64,000 nucleotides of DNA from Cyanophora paradoxa CCMP329 (Eukaryota > Plantae > Glaucophyta), in NCBI GenBank assembly GCA_004431415.1, contig QPMI01000031.1, positions 28,604 through 92,603 of the forward strand. Direction: 5' to 3'. Shown one piece after another: positions 49,909 to 60,629 of this stretch (positions are counted from its first letter, which is position 1; each line of letters begins with the position of its first letter). Below the pieces are notes generated by a model. That model was not told where the DNA came from, ran no database searches, and saw nothing but the letters and a program-made list of their open reading frames with translations. The position numbers were made by a program, and so were the translations under genes.

Positions 49909-50540
49909 ATGGCGAAAGTGAAAGAGAGAGCGCGTATGTCTACAGGCGGAAAAGCTCCTCGAAAGAACCTCGCACAGCGGCCGCGGCCGCCGACAGCGGA
50001 GCAGGTCGCGGAGTCGGAAGCACTGAATGCTCTTTACGCGCCACGACCGCGGCCCGAGAACGAAGGCAGCTTTGTTGACGTACACATTCTCGGCGACTGC
50101 CGGCCTGCCCCGCTACGCGTCACTGCAATGACAGGTGCAAATGTACACCGATTCACCGTTGCTCTGCCAGTGTGCCGTGAACTCAACAGCGCATGCGCAG
50201 GGCCTGTGCGAGTCACGATCCGTGCTTCGGACTCGAATGCGTGGAAGAGCGAGCTACTGGACCTGGCGTTCGAGGAGCTGCACTGCAGTACGCATGTGCA
50301 CCTCGAGGAGCTGGTGCTGTATCGATCTCGGTACGACCAAGCAGGCTGGTACTTCGAGCTTCCGGTGCAAGCGATTGTTGCGTCTTACGGTGATTTCTGA
50401 TGCGGATCTCGCGAATTCACGGGTGCGCGTGCACAGGCGTCGAGTCCGGGGCCATCCCGGGAGATCTGTATTACGTCGCGAGGAGGGATATCATCCCGGA
50501 AGTCGAGCATGTACCTTTCCTGGCGATCAATCAGGAATAG
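49909..50540 (+). CDS. H3-tail-mimic family, copy E, carrying K9M (1-bp frameshift near 50458 in the last exon)
   Basis: [22 protein letters not shown] aligns ungapped to H3 [21 protein letters not shown] with Met at position 9 (ATG 49936-49938). Introns 50135-50200 and 50365-50436. Confidence 0.78.
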
Positions 50541-50639
50541 TTGCAAGTGCCGGCATCCCTTCCCTAGTCCGGATTTCGTAGCCAAAAATACGCGGATGTA
50601 TTATACGTATACGCGGCGGCACGGATACAACAGGAGCGC

Positions 50640-51749
50640 CTAATTGCCAGCGCTGTAGTGCAACACGAGCGCCTCAAATTCTCTCCTACGGCGCTCTATG
50701 TAGTCTCCATCTAAATCTAGATCTAGAGGGTTGCCTCGCATTTCGCGCTCTGCGAAGTCCAGCAACCAGATCCCGCACTAGCGAGCGTGGTCAGCCGTTG
50801 CCACTGGCCACGGGCGGGAGTGAAAACAGCACTAACCTGATGGCCGTCATGCTGCACTGCTCGCTGTACCGATTGGATGACGTCAATTTCATGTTTCAAG
50901 AGAATTCTTGCGAGCTTGCGCGGAGCCTTCGCGCCAATGCTGTCGTAGTATCTGCAGACCTTGCCGTCGATAACCAAGAGTGTCCAGTGTCGTCGGTTGT
51001 TGACGGGGACGAGAGCGCGTGTGCTGGTGCCATTCAAGTGCTCGAGTAACGCTTCTATGTAGGATTCAGCGTCGTGGAGGGCGAGCGGATGTGCGATGAA
51101 CCAATTCTGTGTGACTGCCTCCTTGGCCGCCGCCGCGCGGATGCAAACGAGCGCGCTCTCGATTGCGCTCGATGACAGCCACAAATCCCGGCTGCAGCTG
51201 AAGCTGAGCTGATGCCGAACTAGATCTGCGCTAACGATCTTCGGCCGCGCCTTGACTGTGCCCAGCTCCTCCAACTCAGAAGAGGGCTCTGGGTCACCAC
51301 ACTGCAGCTGTCTTTGCCGCCGTATGCGCTTCTTTAAAACTACAGGAGAGGGCTTCGGATCTGAATCATCACATTGCATATCCCGCCGGCGCTTCGCTGC
51401 CTTCGCGGAGGCCATCTGCGAGGATCCGGAGAACGGACGACCTAGGCCTGCAGGGGAACAAGCCCGCATGAGTTCCAGCGGCGAACTGTAAAGGCAGAGC
51501 ACGAAGCGGGCGTGCACATTCACGAATGCCGAAGTCGACGGCTATATCTATCAACGTTCAACGTTCAGCGCCGTTGATCATGACAGGCCACGCGGCGCCC
51601 GAGTCCACGTCAGCGAGGCTGCCGGCGATGGCTAAGCCTCCGGCTAGCTGTTTTACGCGCTCTAGCTCGATCTCCGACCACCGGTCACCGCCTGAAAGCT
51701 TCGAGACTTGCTGGCGGCATTGAGCGCACGTGTACCCCACTAGTCCCAT
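50640..51749 (-). CDS. Ulp1/SENP-like C48 cysteine protease (SUMO/NEDD8 deconjugase)
   Basis: WLSSSAI...LVPVNNRRHWTLLVID...YYDSIG...QHDGHQ|CGIWLL gives intact His-Asp-Gln-Cys catalytic motifs once the intron at ~50778-50836 is removed. 5' exon uncertain. Confidence 0.85.
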
Positions 51750-51906
51750 CCCGGGCCGTCCGGGCCGTCCCGGACGAGACCAAGATCCAGCAATCTAGCG
51801 TCTGCACAAGGCAGCGCGGCGCGAGCTCGAGGAGCGCGACTCCCCAGTTTCCAGTTTTCCGACAGGATCTAGCGACTCTCGGAAGTTTCGAGGCGCGCTC
51901 GCTCTA

Positions 51907-52542
51907 ATGGCGAAGACAAAACAAAAGGCGCGAAAGTACAACGGATCGATTCCTCAGAAGAAAATGCCTACCAAAGCTTCAAGAAAGCGGAAGTCAGAGC
52001 CGGAGCCCGACCCGTCAAAGAAGCAGGTGCCCGAGAACGAGGGCAGCTCTAAAACTGTCGAGGTGCGCGTTCTCGGCGACTGCCGGCCTGCCCCGCTACG
52101 CGTCACTTCAATGACAGGTGCATGCCCGGTTGCATCGTTGCTTCTGCTAGTGTGCCGTGATCTCAACAGCGCATGCGCAGGGCCTGTGCGAGTCACGATC
52201 CGTGCTTCGGACTCGAATGCGTGGAAGAGCGAGCTACTGGACCTGGCGTTCTTGGAGCTGCACTGCAGTACGCATGTGGATGACCGCGGCACTCTGGCGG
52301 TGCATTGGTACGACCCAGCAAGCCGAACCTTCCAGTCGTTGGTGCAAGCGATCTTTGCGTCGTATACGTACGGTGATTTCTGCTGCGGATCTCGCGAATT
52401 CACGGGTGCGCGTGCACAGGCGTCAAGGGCGCAGGGGCCATCCCCGGATGATCTGTTTTACATTACGAGGAATACAGTTGATCCGGCCGTCGAGCATGTA
52501 CCTTTCCTGGCGGATCCGGACGCAGTGATAGAGCTTGACTAG
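51907..52542 (+). CDS. H3-tail-mimic family, copy F (K4, K9 and K27 equivalents retained)
   Basis: MAKTKQKARKYNGSIPQKKMPTKASRKR resembles H3 1-27, followed by an intact family domain. Confidence 0.75.
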   Translation: MAKTKQKARKYNGSIPQKKMPTKASRKRKSEPEPDPSKKQVPENEGSSKTVEVRVLGDCRPAPLRVTSMTGACPVASLLLLVCRDLNSACAGPVRVTIRASDSNAWKSELLDLAFLELHCSTHVDDRGTLAVHWYDPASRTFQSLVQAIFASYTYGDFCCGSREFTGARAQASRAQGPSPDDLFYITRNTVDPAVEHVPFLADPDAVIELD

Positions 52543-52647
52543 CCCATGGCCGTGGCTGGAATTGCGTTTGCATGTTCGTGCTCTCATGTATGAATTGTTC
52601 ACTTCGAGTGACTGTCTAGCTGAAATGATTGACAATTGCATGATCGA

Positions 52648-54750
52648 TTACACGATAATAATGCATTTCGAGAGGGACTGCATCTCTAAGATACGATTTT
52701 TTATCGTCTTGATCTCATTGTCGACATTATCGCTCTGTGCTTTGATCAGAGCGTTCTTCTGGCGCACATGATCGAGAAGTGACGCAAGCGCTGTTTCAAG
52801 AACGTCGAAGGACGTCGCTTGCAATTGCTGGTTGAGTGTTCCTAGGGCACGCGTTGCGTCGTAGTTGACATCGGTTTGAGCACCAGAAATCATGAGTGCC
52901 ATCTGCGCAGCAGGAAGCTCATTTATGGCACCACAAATCTGGAAACTGCAAAAAAGAACGTCTGCGAAAGAGAGGTGCAGACGAACCTTCTTATTAAGCT
53001 CATGTAGCTGTGCGAGGAGGTTAACAATACACCTTATTCTCTCTCCAAGTGCCCGGTCGAAGACAACTTCGTTGCGCAAGTAGATATCTACAAGATGCAG
53101 CTTTTCTAAGGATGGCGCCTTCTCGAACGCCCCGACCACACACTGAGCAACATATTCTGGGATTGCGCGCATTGCATCTGTTCGCTGTTCATAGCCAGTC
53201 ACTCCAACCAGGCGGAGGGTTTCCAGAGATGAGCACTGCGAAGCGATCTTCGTGATGGAGGTGACCAGCCAGTTGCGCTCGACACGTAAGACTTGTGCTC
53301 CATGAGCGTCAGAGGGTGCAAGCGGAAGGATCAGCTCGCGAAGGCTGCTGAATCGTAATGTCTTTGCGAGTTCCGCGAGACGATTCGGTGATAATTTACG
53401 GAGCTGTGCCACGGTTGCATGTGGAACTGTGCATGCCACCAGGTCCAGCGTGATAAGAGATTGACACTTCCGCGCTGCTGATAAGATTTGCTCGTAATCA
53501 CGCCCGTCCTCCAGCGTGAAGCGCAACGTTTGCGTGAAATTGCTTAGATACCGTTCCATCTTATTTATATTCGTGCTGTCGCTCTTAATGATGCAATTGA
53601 TGAACGAAATATGTTTGAGACAGCACGAGTCGGGAGAGCAGAAGAACTGGACGACTGGATGCGAAGCTGGGCGGATGCGAGTTGCTGTGAATTCGACATG
53701 GAGCTCCTCCGTGCATTCCCCCGCCGTATGATGCAATACCAGAGATGCCGGCCGCGGTGGGGCCATTGACGAGTCATTTTGGATGTCCCGAGGCTCGTCA
53801 GATATCTGCAATCCAAATCAGGCTGCTCGAATATAAATAGTGGCAGGTCGTGCACATTGAAAATCATGGACGCGGGCGCTGGACGAAAGAGTCCTGGGGT
53901 TTTCAGCTCTAGGCCTTCGCTTGTTAGACATCCTTTGATGATGACTTTCTTGGCACTGAAAGCCCAGTAGGAGAAGGAACCCGCAGCTTCTTGAAACATG
54001 ATGGTTTCTTGGTCGACACATAGCTCTTCGACCGTCCCAAATGACGTGTCATCAGGCCCGCAGTCACGAAAGCTGCAAATTATGAAAAACTGTTTGTCAG
54101 CTTCTGGTTCTGAATGGATTACGTAAACGAATACGTAGCGAATTTGGACTTACTGAACGGGCCCCCGAATACCTGCGTTGGTAACAGAGTTCGATACGGC
54201 TCGATGCTGGCTATTTCCTCCGTTTCACGGTGTGCGCGAAGGCTTGCGCTTGCCTTGTCGTCCAGAATAAGACGGCGAGGCGCCGTCTTCAAGATAAGGT
54301 GGACCCAGTCAAAATGAATGGCCTCAAGGTCGTCGGAACCACACCCTGTGCAGATTCCTAGGCACCGCTTGGGCTTCTCAAAGAAACGCTGTATGCTGTC
54401 CAGGAGGATTGCAAGTTTCTTAAACGTCTTTGGCTGCTTCCATAATTCCGAGGCAAAGCTGGAGGAAGCGAATTTGATGCTACCGCCATGCTCTAGGATC
54501 CACTTCGCGCGAATCCACACCCTTTCAAGCAGGAGAGCCGGAATTGTGTCAAGAAAGATGGTCGCGGTGCGGACGCGCTTCAAGCCATTGCCCTGTTCCA
54601 CGAGAATCCTGTAGAAGCGCCGGCTGCTACTCCACAGAGCTCGCACGGACTCGAGGCGTTCATTAGGAACCATGCTGGCAATTATGGCGATGGCATCGTC
54701 TGGAAGATCATTTATCGTTATGGTTGCCTTTCTTGTCGATTCGAGCCTGT
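52648..54750 (-). CDS. F-box / LRR-like protein, multi-exon
   Basis: TINDLPDDAIAIIASM...LWSSSRRFYRIL (F-box); LITLDL, LRELIL, LETLRL, LEKLHL (LRR-like). Confidence 0.7.
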
Positions 54751-56364
54751 GCGGCGAATGTTAGAGAGGGGTTCTTTCGCTTGCTTTGCCTCCGAATGAA
54801 TATGCGTACCGCTCATCTACTTCTGGTACGGTGGCGACGTCTTTAGTAGATCCATGTGTAGGTTCGAATCCCCGCCGCAGGCTCCATACTGCAAGCCGAT
54901 TCCCTGCATTATGTGAGCCGATTTGGTCCGCGAATGCGCGTCAACGTGCATGCGCACTGCAGCTGCGCATTTGTCGGCCCAGCACGTTTTGGTGTCTTCC
55001 CAGAGTCAGCGGCCAGATCCAGACTCTCGTCCCTGCGCGCGCAGAGGACAACAATCAAGGCACGATAAACGCACCCACGCCAATATTAATACGACGCACG
55101 AGCGTTTCCTTCGTCTACGCTGCATCGCAAGTTTGAAATTTCTCAGAGGGGTACGGTAAGGATACGGTTAGGGGGTTCTAAATGGGGAAGGGGTACGAGC
55201 TACGGGATTTGCGCGGGAAGCCGTCGTTTTACTCGGAAACGCGTATTACAAGCTTTAAGTATGTCGCAGCTTGAAGACCCCATGGCCGGCCTGGTATCGC
55301 AGTCGAATCAAAGCTCTGAAGATAAGGTGCGTCGCACTCAGCGGCCAGCGGATAAGCTGCTGGCTTAAGCTAACCGGCCACGCATGCGCATGCGCAGTGC
55401 ACGACGGTGAAGCGGGCGCGGGAGGAGATCAATGGCGAGCGTGCGAGCAAAAGGCAAACTTCGGGCACAGGGAACTCCAGCGAAAAAAGGCCCTTAAGCT
55501 TGCTAAACAGTGAGCACCTGGTGCGAACACTACTCCACTCTAGATCTACGACTCGGCGAAAAGTATTCTTCATAACACGGTTTGAACGCTCGCACTTTTA
55601 GAAACAGTTTGAACACGCGCTTGATTTCACGTACGGGCTTCCCTTCACATTTCACAAGTTGATGGTGCGAATCAAATAGTAGTGATGAGTTTTCCTTGAC
55701 CGTCGGACGTCTGTGCGAACGAGTGCATGTACAGCACGACAACCAGCGGAACATTATGCGGCAGCTTCGAAGTGATGTGATGGCGCTATCAGCTAATGTG
55801 AGCCGTGGCCCGCACTCACTGATGGTCAACTCTCTGAAATGCTCGAATTCCAGGTCAGTTCTGTAATCGAAAAGGAGATCGCTGATATAAACCAACCGGT
55901 CGCCTCCGAAGAGTGTGTGCTCATGTTAAACTCTCAGCAACTGGAAAAGCTATTTCAAAGCCTCAAGAATGCTGTTATTTGTGAGATCGAATGCTGTCAA
56001 AAGCGAATGGTAAAGACAGATTTGGTGATTATATAGTCATGCCGACGTCTGTCAGTTCACGTGCGTGCACGACAGATCAAAAGGGAATTCGACGAATTCA
56101 ACCATCTTGAGAGGGAAATCGAAACCGTGAATGTGTCAATCTTAAGTCTGCAACGTCAGGCACTATCGTCGCTTAAGACCGAGGGCGGAAGTCAGGAATG
56201 AAGTAAGAAGAGATCCCATGTGCGAACATGCGACTTTGTCTTTGTATTATTTGTTGCGAGCAAGCAAAAGCTAGCTGAGTATGTAACTTGGCATATTGTA
56301 GCGCTAGCCAAGCGAGCTCGATAATCTTACATACTGCACACTGCACCAATTCCCTCGCTGCATT

Positions 56365-58606
56365 TTATTGATCGTGGAGAAAAGCAGTTGAATTAGAGGA
56401 TAAAAAATCGCGTAGACCCTTGTTGGTATCTATGAATTGCCCCTGGGCCAGGAATGACGTGCCGCCTCGTATTTCGACTCTCCAAAAGCAATAAAGCCGA
56501 GAAAGCGTATTTTGATGTTCGCAGAGCATGTTGACGGCTTGCGTAAGCTCCTCCAGACCAACTCTGGTACGCACAGCGATGTTAAGTTCAACATGAGCCA
56601 GTCTTGGACCCGACTCCAACAGCGCCTTCTTTCATTGATCAGAAACACGGAATCGCATTTGAATGAGTGAAACAGCGAACCCGCAAGATTTCTGCCGGAT
56701 GTGGAAAGAAGCCTTCGATGCTGAGCAGGCGAACTTTCGTTCGCATTGACCGAAGGAGGGCCATAAAACTGTCTTGGTGAAGTGTTCGGCTTTCTACATT
56801 CTGATGGTAGCGAGTGCCTAGATCTCGTACAAGCAGATCACATTGTTCGAGCGCCGGGAGTTGCTCCAAGTTCGCTCGGATTTCTTCGAAAGATACACCG
56901 ATTGCTCTGTGCACGTCTTCTGCTGGATAACTCCGCGTCTGCTGAATTGTGGGTGGAACGATGGCCCGGCACGAATGCACAGATACGCACTTCGATATGA
57001 ATTCTAACATTTTTAAGCATCGGGAGCGGTCGCAAAATTTTGAAGTGGGTCTCGCAGCCGATCTGACGTTGCCGAAGTAAGCAACTCGAACACCGAACAA
57101 CAATGCCGAATCGCACCTGAATCTCGAGACTTTCGAGGTTAGCCATTGTGCTGATACGCTCGACCGTCGACCCAGTGCTTTTATACGCAACTATCAACGC
57201 TCGCACACTTTCCGGATTGAGCGTCGAGAGCGCTGTGTCCTCCCGAACTGTGCATGATAAGCGTTGCGGGGAGAGTTTGACTATCGCGTCCTGCAGTAGA
57301 TATCGATGTCAGTAAACACTATCTGCGCTGATGGGATATTACGTGCATCTGATGCATACGTACCGCCTGATCAGCTGACAGGAAAGGCGGTGTTAACTCA
57401 ATGGTCCTCTGGCCCGCATGCTCGCATCGTACCATGGACAACTCGCGGAGCCCTTTCAAATTGACCTCAGCGGCTGCACGGAGAAAGATGGCGGCAAAGC
57501 GTTCGTATGCGGTCACTGATAACCGGCCTTCTGGATAGTTCCGCAGCGCCTTCGTGAATGCGCGTGCGACATCTAGAGTGCTGACAAATTGTTCGCTGAC
57601 TTCGTCATACAACACGTGTTCACATTTCTCCCAGTAGTCCCAGCCCTCGAAAATGACATGCACAGAATTCCGCAGAAGCTTCGCCTTTGCCACGTCCTCG
57701 ATCACATCTGAGCTCGAGGCCAGTTAGAACACCGGTTTTTTGAAGTGGAATTGATGCAATTGTCGCGATGTCTGTGCAAATTTCGCGCACCAAATATTGA
57801 CCTCAGAATACTGAAGCATAGCTTGAATGCAAATTTCCTCTCTGTTCGGTGCGAGTAGAGCATGTCGGGGAACTGCTCGAACCGGTCATGCCAAAATGAG
57901 CTGACGATGACGTTCTCGCAGCCCGCGAGTTTCTTTTCTCTGAACAGAGCTCTGACTGCGCTGAGGAGCTCGTTGGCTGCGGGCCCATTTCCACAAGATC
58001 GGAACCGTTCAGCCGGAGCACAGGCCAGTTCTTATCTTTGAGAAGCTGCGTGAAGCGTTTGTTGATGCTGAAGAACTGGTGTTTGCACGCTTCGGAGAGA
58101 TCATCGTAGACGAGCTCTAAGATGCGAACGAGGAGGCTATCCGGCATCTGGTCGAAGGGGCGGGTTGCTGCTCTGCATGCGCATGCTCCTGCTCATGATC
58201 ACGGTTTGCGCTGATGCATCGCTCAGCATCAGCGCCAGCTTGCCCGAAAGGGGGTGGTTCGCAAGCGCTGGCACCTCTCTGTCGCTGGCTCCGCGCCCGC
58301 AGCTTGGAGCAAGTTTGAAGCGGCTGCCGTGTCTTGTGCAACCGGCTGCTCTGCCCACTGCAGCAGCCGCTGATCATGAAGCTGAAGGACCTCCGCTTCT
58401 GCAGCGGACGCCAGCTGCAAGTCTGCTCCTGGGGTGTCTGCAGCTGCGCAACCAAGCTCGCAACCAAGCAACACAAAGATGTGAGAGTACGCACCTTGTA
58501 ACGCTGCAGCCCTATTAGTCGCATGTTCAGGATCGCTCTCCTCCTCGTTCACACGCGCGCGTTTCGAGTCGTGCGCGTCTCGCGCGGCGTTCGCCGCGCA
58601 ATCCAT
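56365..58606 (-). CDS. F-box protein, multi-exon
   Basis: FDQMPDSLLVRILELV...FFSINKRFTQLL (F-box-like), with several downstream protein-like exons. Confidence 0.6.
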
Positions 58607-58729
58607 CGCCGGTTGCAATGCTGCGCTACCGCGCTACCGCGCTACCGCACGAGCTACCGCTGAGCGGCTAGTTGCAACGGAAGGAGGGTACACGGCTCTC
58701 AGCCACGCCCAGCTCGCAGCACGCGAGCG

Positions 58730-60613
58730 ATGGCGGAACGCTCAGCGAAGCGAGCACGTGCAGAAGCGCCAGTGGAATCTGGCGCGGTGCTTCGTTCCAT
58801 CTCCGACCTGCCCGACGGCGTCCTTGGCAGTGTTTTCAAGTCAGTCTCGCTGGTGCAAGCCTGGCCGCTTCGAGAAGTGTGTAGGTGCGTCCAGGCTCGC
58901 TCGCCGAGTCGACTTGGACCCTCCGGATCCAACCCGCGCTGCCACGCAGGCGTTGGAGGAGCGTGATCGAGGGCACAGCGTGGGACTGTATCGAGCTGCG
59001 GTCGAATGAGGATTTCGTGTTTCAGCATCTCGTGTCGCTGCTCCGGAGCGAGAAGATCAAGCTCGCTTGCGGCGCGCATACGCGGGTCACCGTTGGAATG
59101 CATGCGCAGAGCGAGAGCAATTTCGGCTTTGTCGCATTGGCCTCTGCCGTGCTGGCGGCCTGCAACAAGGACGGCAAGGTGGCAGAGGCAGACGTGTGCT
59201 TCTTGGCAGAACACATCAACAGCCTCGACAGCGTCGTGCATGCTTTCATCCTGGCAACCCTCGCAGCTCTCCGGCCGCAGCGTGCGGCGCGCAGCGCTCT
59301 GGAGAAGCTTGCCATTCGCCTAGAGACGCTGGAGTACGAGTTCTTTCGGATACTCCTAAGGGCGACCTTGTCAACCTACGTATTGACCAGAGGCAAAAGG
59401 CAACCGCTGAGGACTTGCAAGCGTCCTTGGAGTCGTTGAGCAGTATTCGGTCCCTCAAGCTGATGCCGAACGCGTTTCCCCTGGACAGCACAGCAGCAGC
59501 AGCGATCGCCAGCAGCCTCCCAACCTTCAGTCTATCCACTTCTCGGCAAACGACTGCAGCGTGCTTGCAGTCCTCGCGACCTTATCAGCTCTGCGTGACG
59601 TTGTCATCAACTGGTTCACCCCTGAAAGATTCCCACGGACCCTTCAGAGATCGGCGACGCCTTCTCGACTCTAGCTGCTGGCCCTGCTGGAAAGTCGCTG
59701 CGATCAATTGTCCTCGATCCTGATCCCGTGTGAGTGCTCTGGCAACTGCGTGCGGTTTGCCAAAAAGCCCAGGTCGGCCGATTCCTCGACGCAGTAAATT
59801 TTTCTTTCCGCTCAACAACACTGGTCTACACTCCATCGCGAAATTTCCTTTCCTCGAGGAAATATGTATCGACGTGCGCGTCCATATGAGCTAAGTTATG
59901 CTCTCGTCACTAACTCCTAACTGCGTGACGCAGCTGAGCAGTGACAAACTGGAGTCTGCCGACCTGGCGGCATTCCAGTCGACAAGCTTGCGAGATGTGA
60001 GTGTGAGACTTCACGTTGTGAAGCGTGCAATGGTCGAGCGCTTGGGAGCGCTCGAGTCCGCCATTGCGAGGTTCTCGAAGCTGTCTTCACTGACATTAAA
60101 TCTGGCAATCCCGAAGGCGGTGCAGACGGTGCACCGGCTCTAGATCTGTGCAGTCATTCCCGCACTGATGATGATCTCTCGGATCTGCACAGACATGCAC
60201 CCGCGGATGATGAGGCTATTTCACGCTTCCTCCGCACGTGCAAGTCGTCTCTGCGCGGATTGTTCCTCTATCTCAGGCGGCCTCTCAGCGCGTCGGAGGC
60301 AGAGTCTATATCTCTCTGCACAGAGCTGAAGTCCCTGGATGTGTCCTGCAATATTCGCTCCGTCGCAGAGATCGGGCCGCTGCAGGTGCGGCGCCGGCGT
60401 ATGCATTATGAAGCAAAGAAGTTTATTTATTTAGCAAAGCAAAGAAGTTCATTTATTTATACTTCCTCTACAGGGACTGGACGTGTGCCTCGACAAAGTA
60501 CCGTCCGCGAAATTTCACATTGCGATTTCGCGAGAGCCACGAGAGCCGGGCTACGAGAGCGTCGTCAAGCAGCTGCTGCAGGATTTTTTGCCGCGCGCCA
60601 CGATATCGACTAG
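58730..60613 (+). CDS. F-box / LRR protein, multi-exon
   Basis: SISDLPDGVLGSVFKSVSLVQAWPLREVCR|RWRSVI (F-box); LEKLAI, IRSLKL, LSSLTL, LKSLDV repeats. Confidence 0.75.
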
Positions 60614-60629
60614 TATTCTTACGTATAGC

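Noticed and set aside
50365-50436. Possible selenocysteine or readthrough: in-frame TGA in DF*CG in most family copies, TGC (Cys) in copy F, and segment length always 3n (72/78/84)
   Set aside because: The segment has GTGC(A/G)A...GCACAG ends like the family's first intron. The length differences are explained by 6-nt palindromic insertions, and copy A has two TGAs. An intron is the simpler reading; RNA-seq would settle it.
54824-54886. tRNA-like sequence (TGGTACGGTGG ... GGTTCGAATCC ... CCA)
   Set aside because: The T-stem and acceptor stem do not pair and the A-B box spacing is short; at most a degenerate remnant.
55400-56200. Short plus-strand ORFs as a gene
   Set aside because: No consistent spliced model or recognisable domain could be built; possibly a decayed gene.
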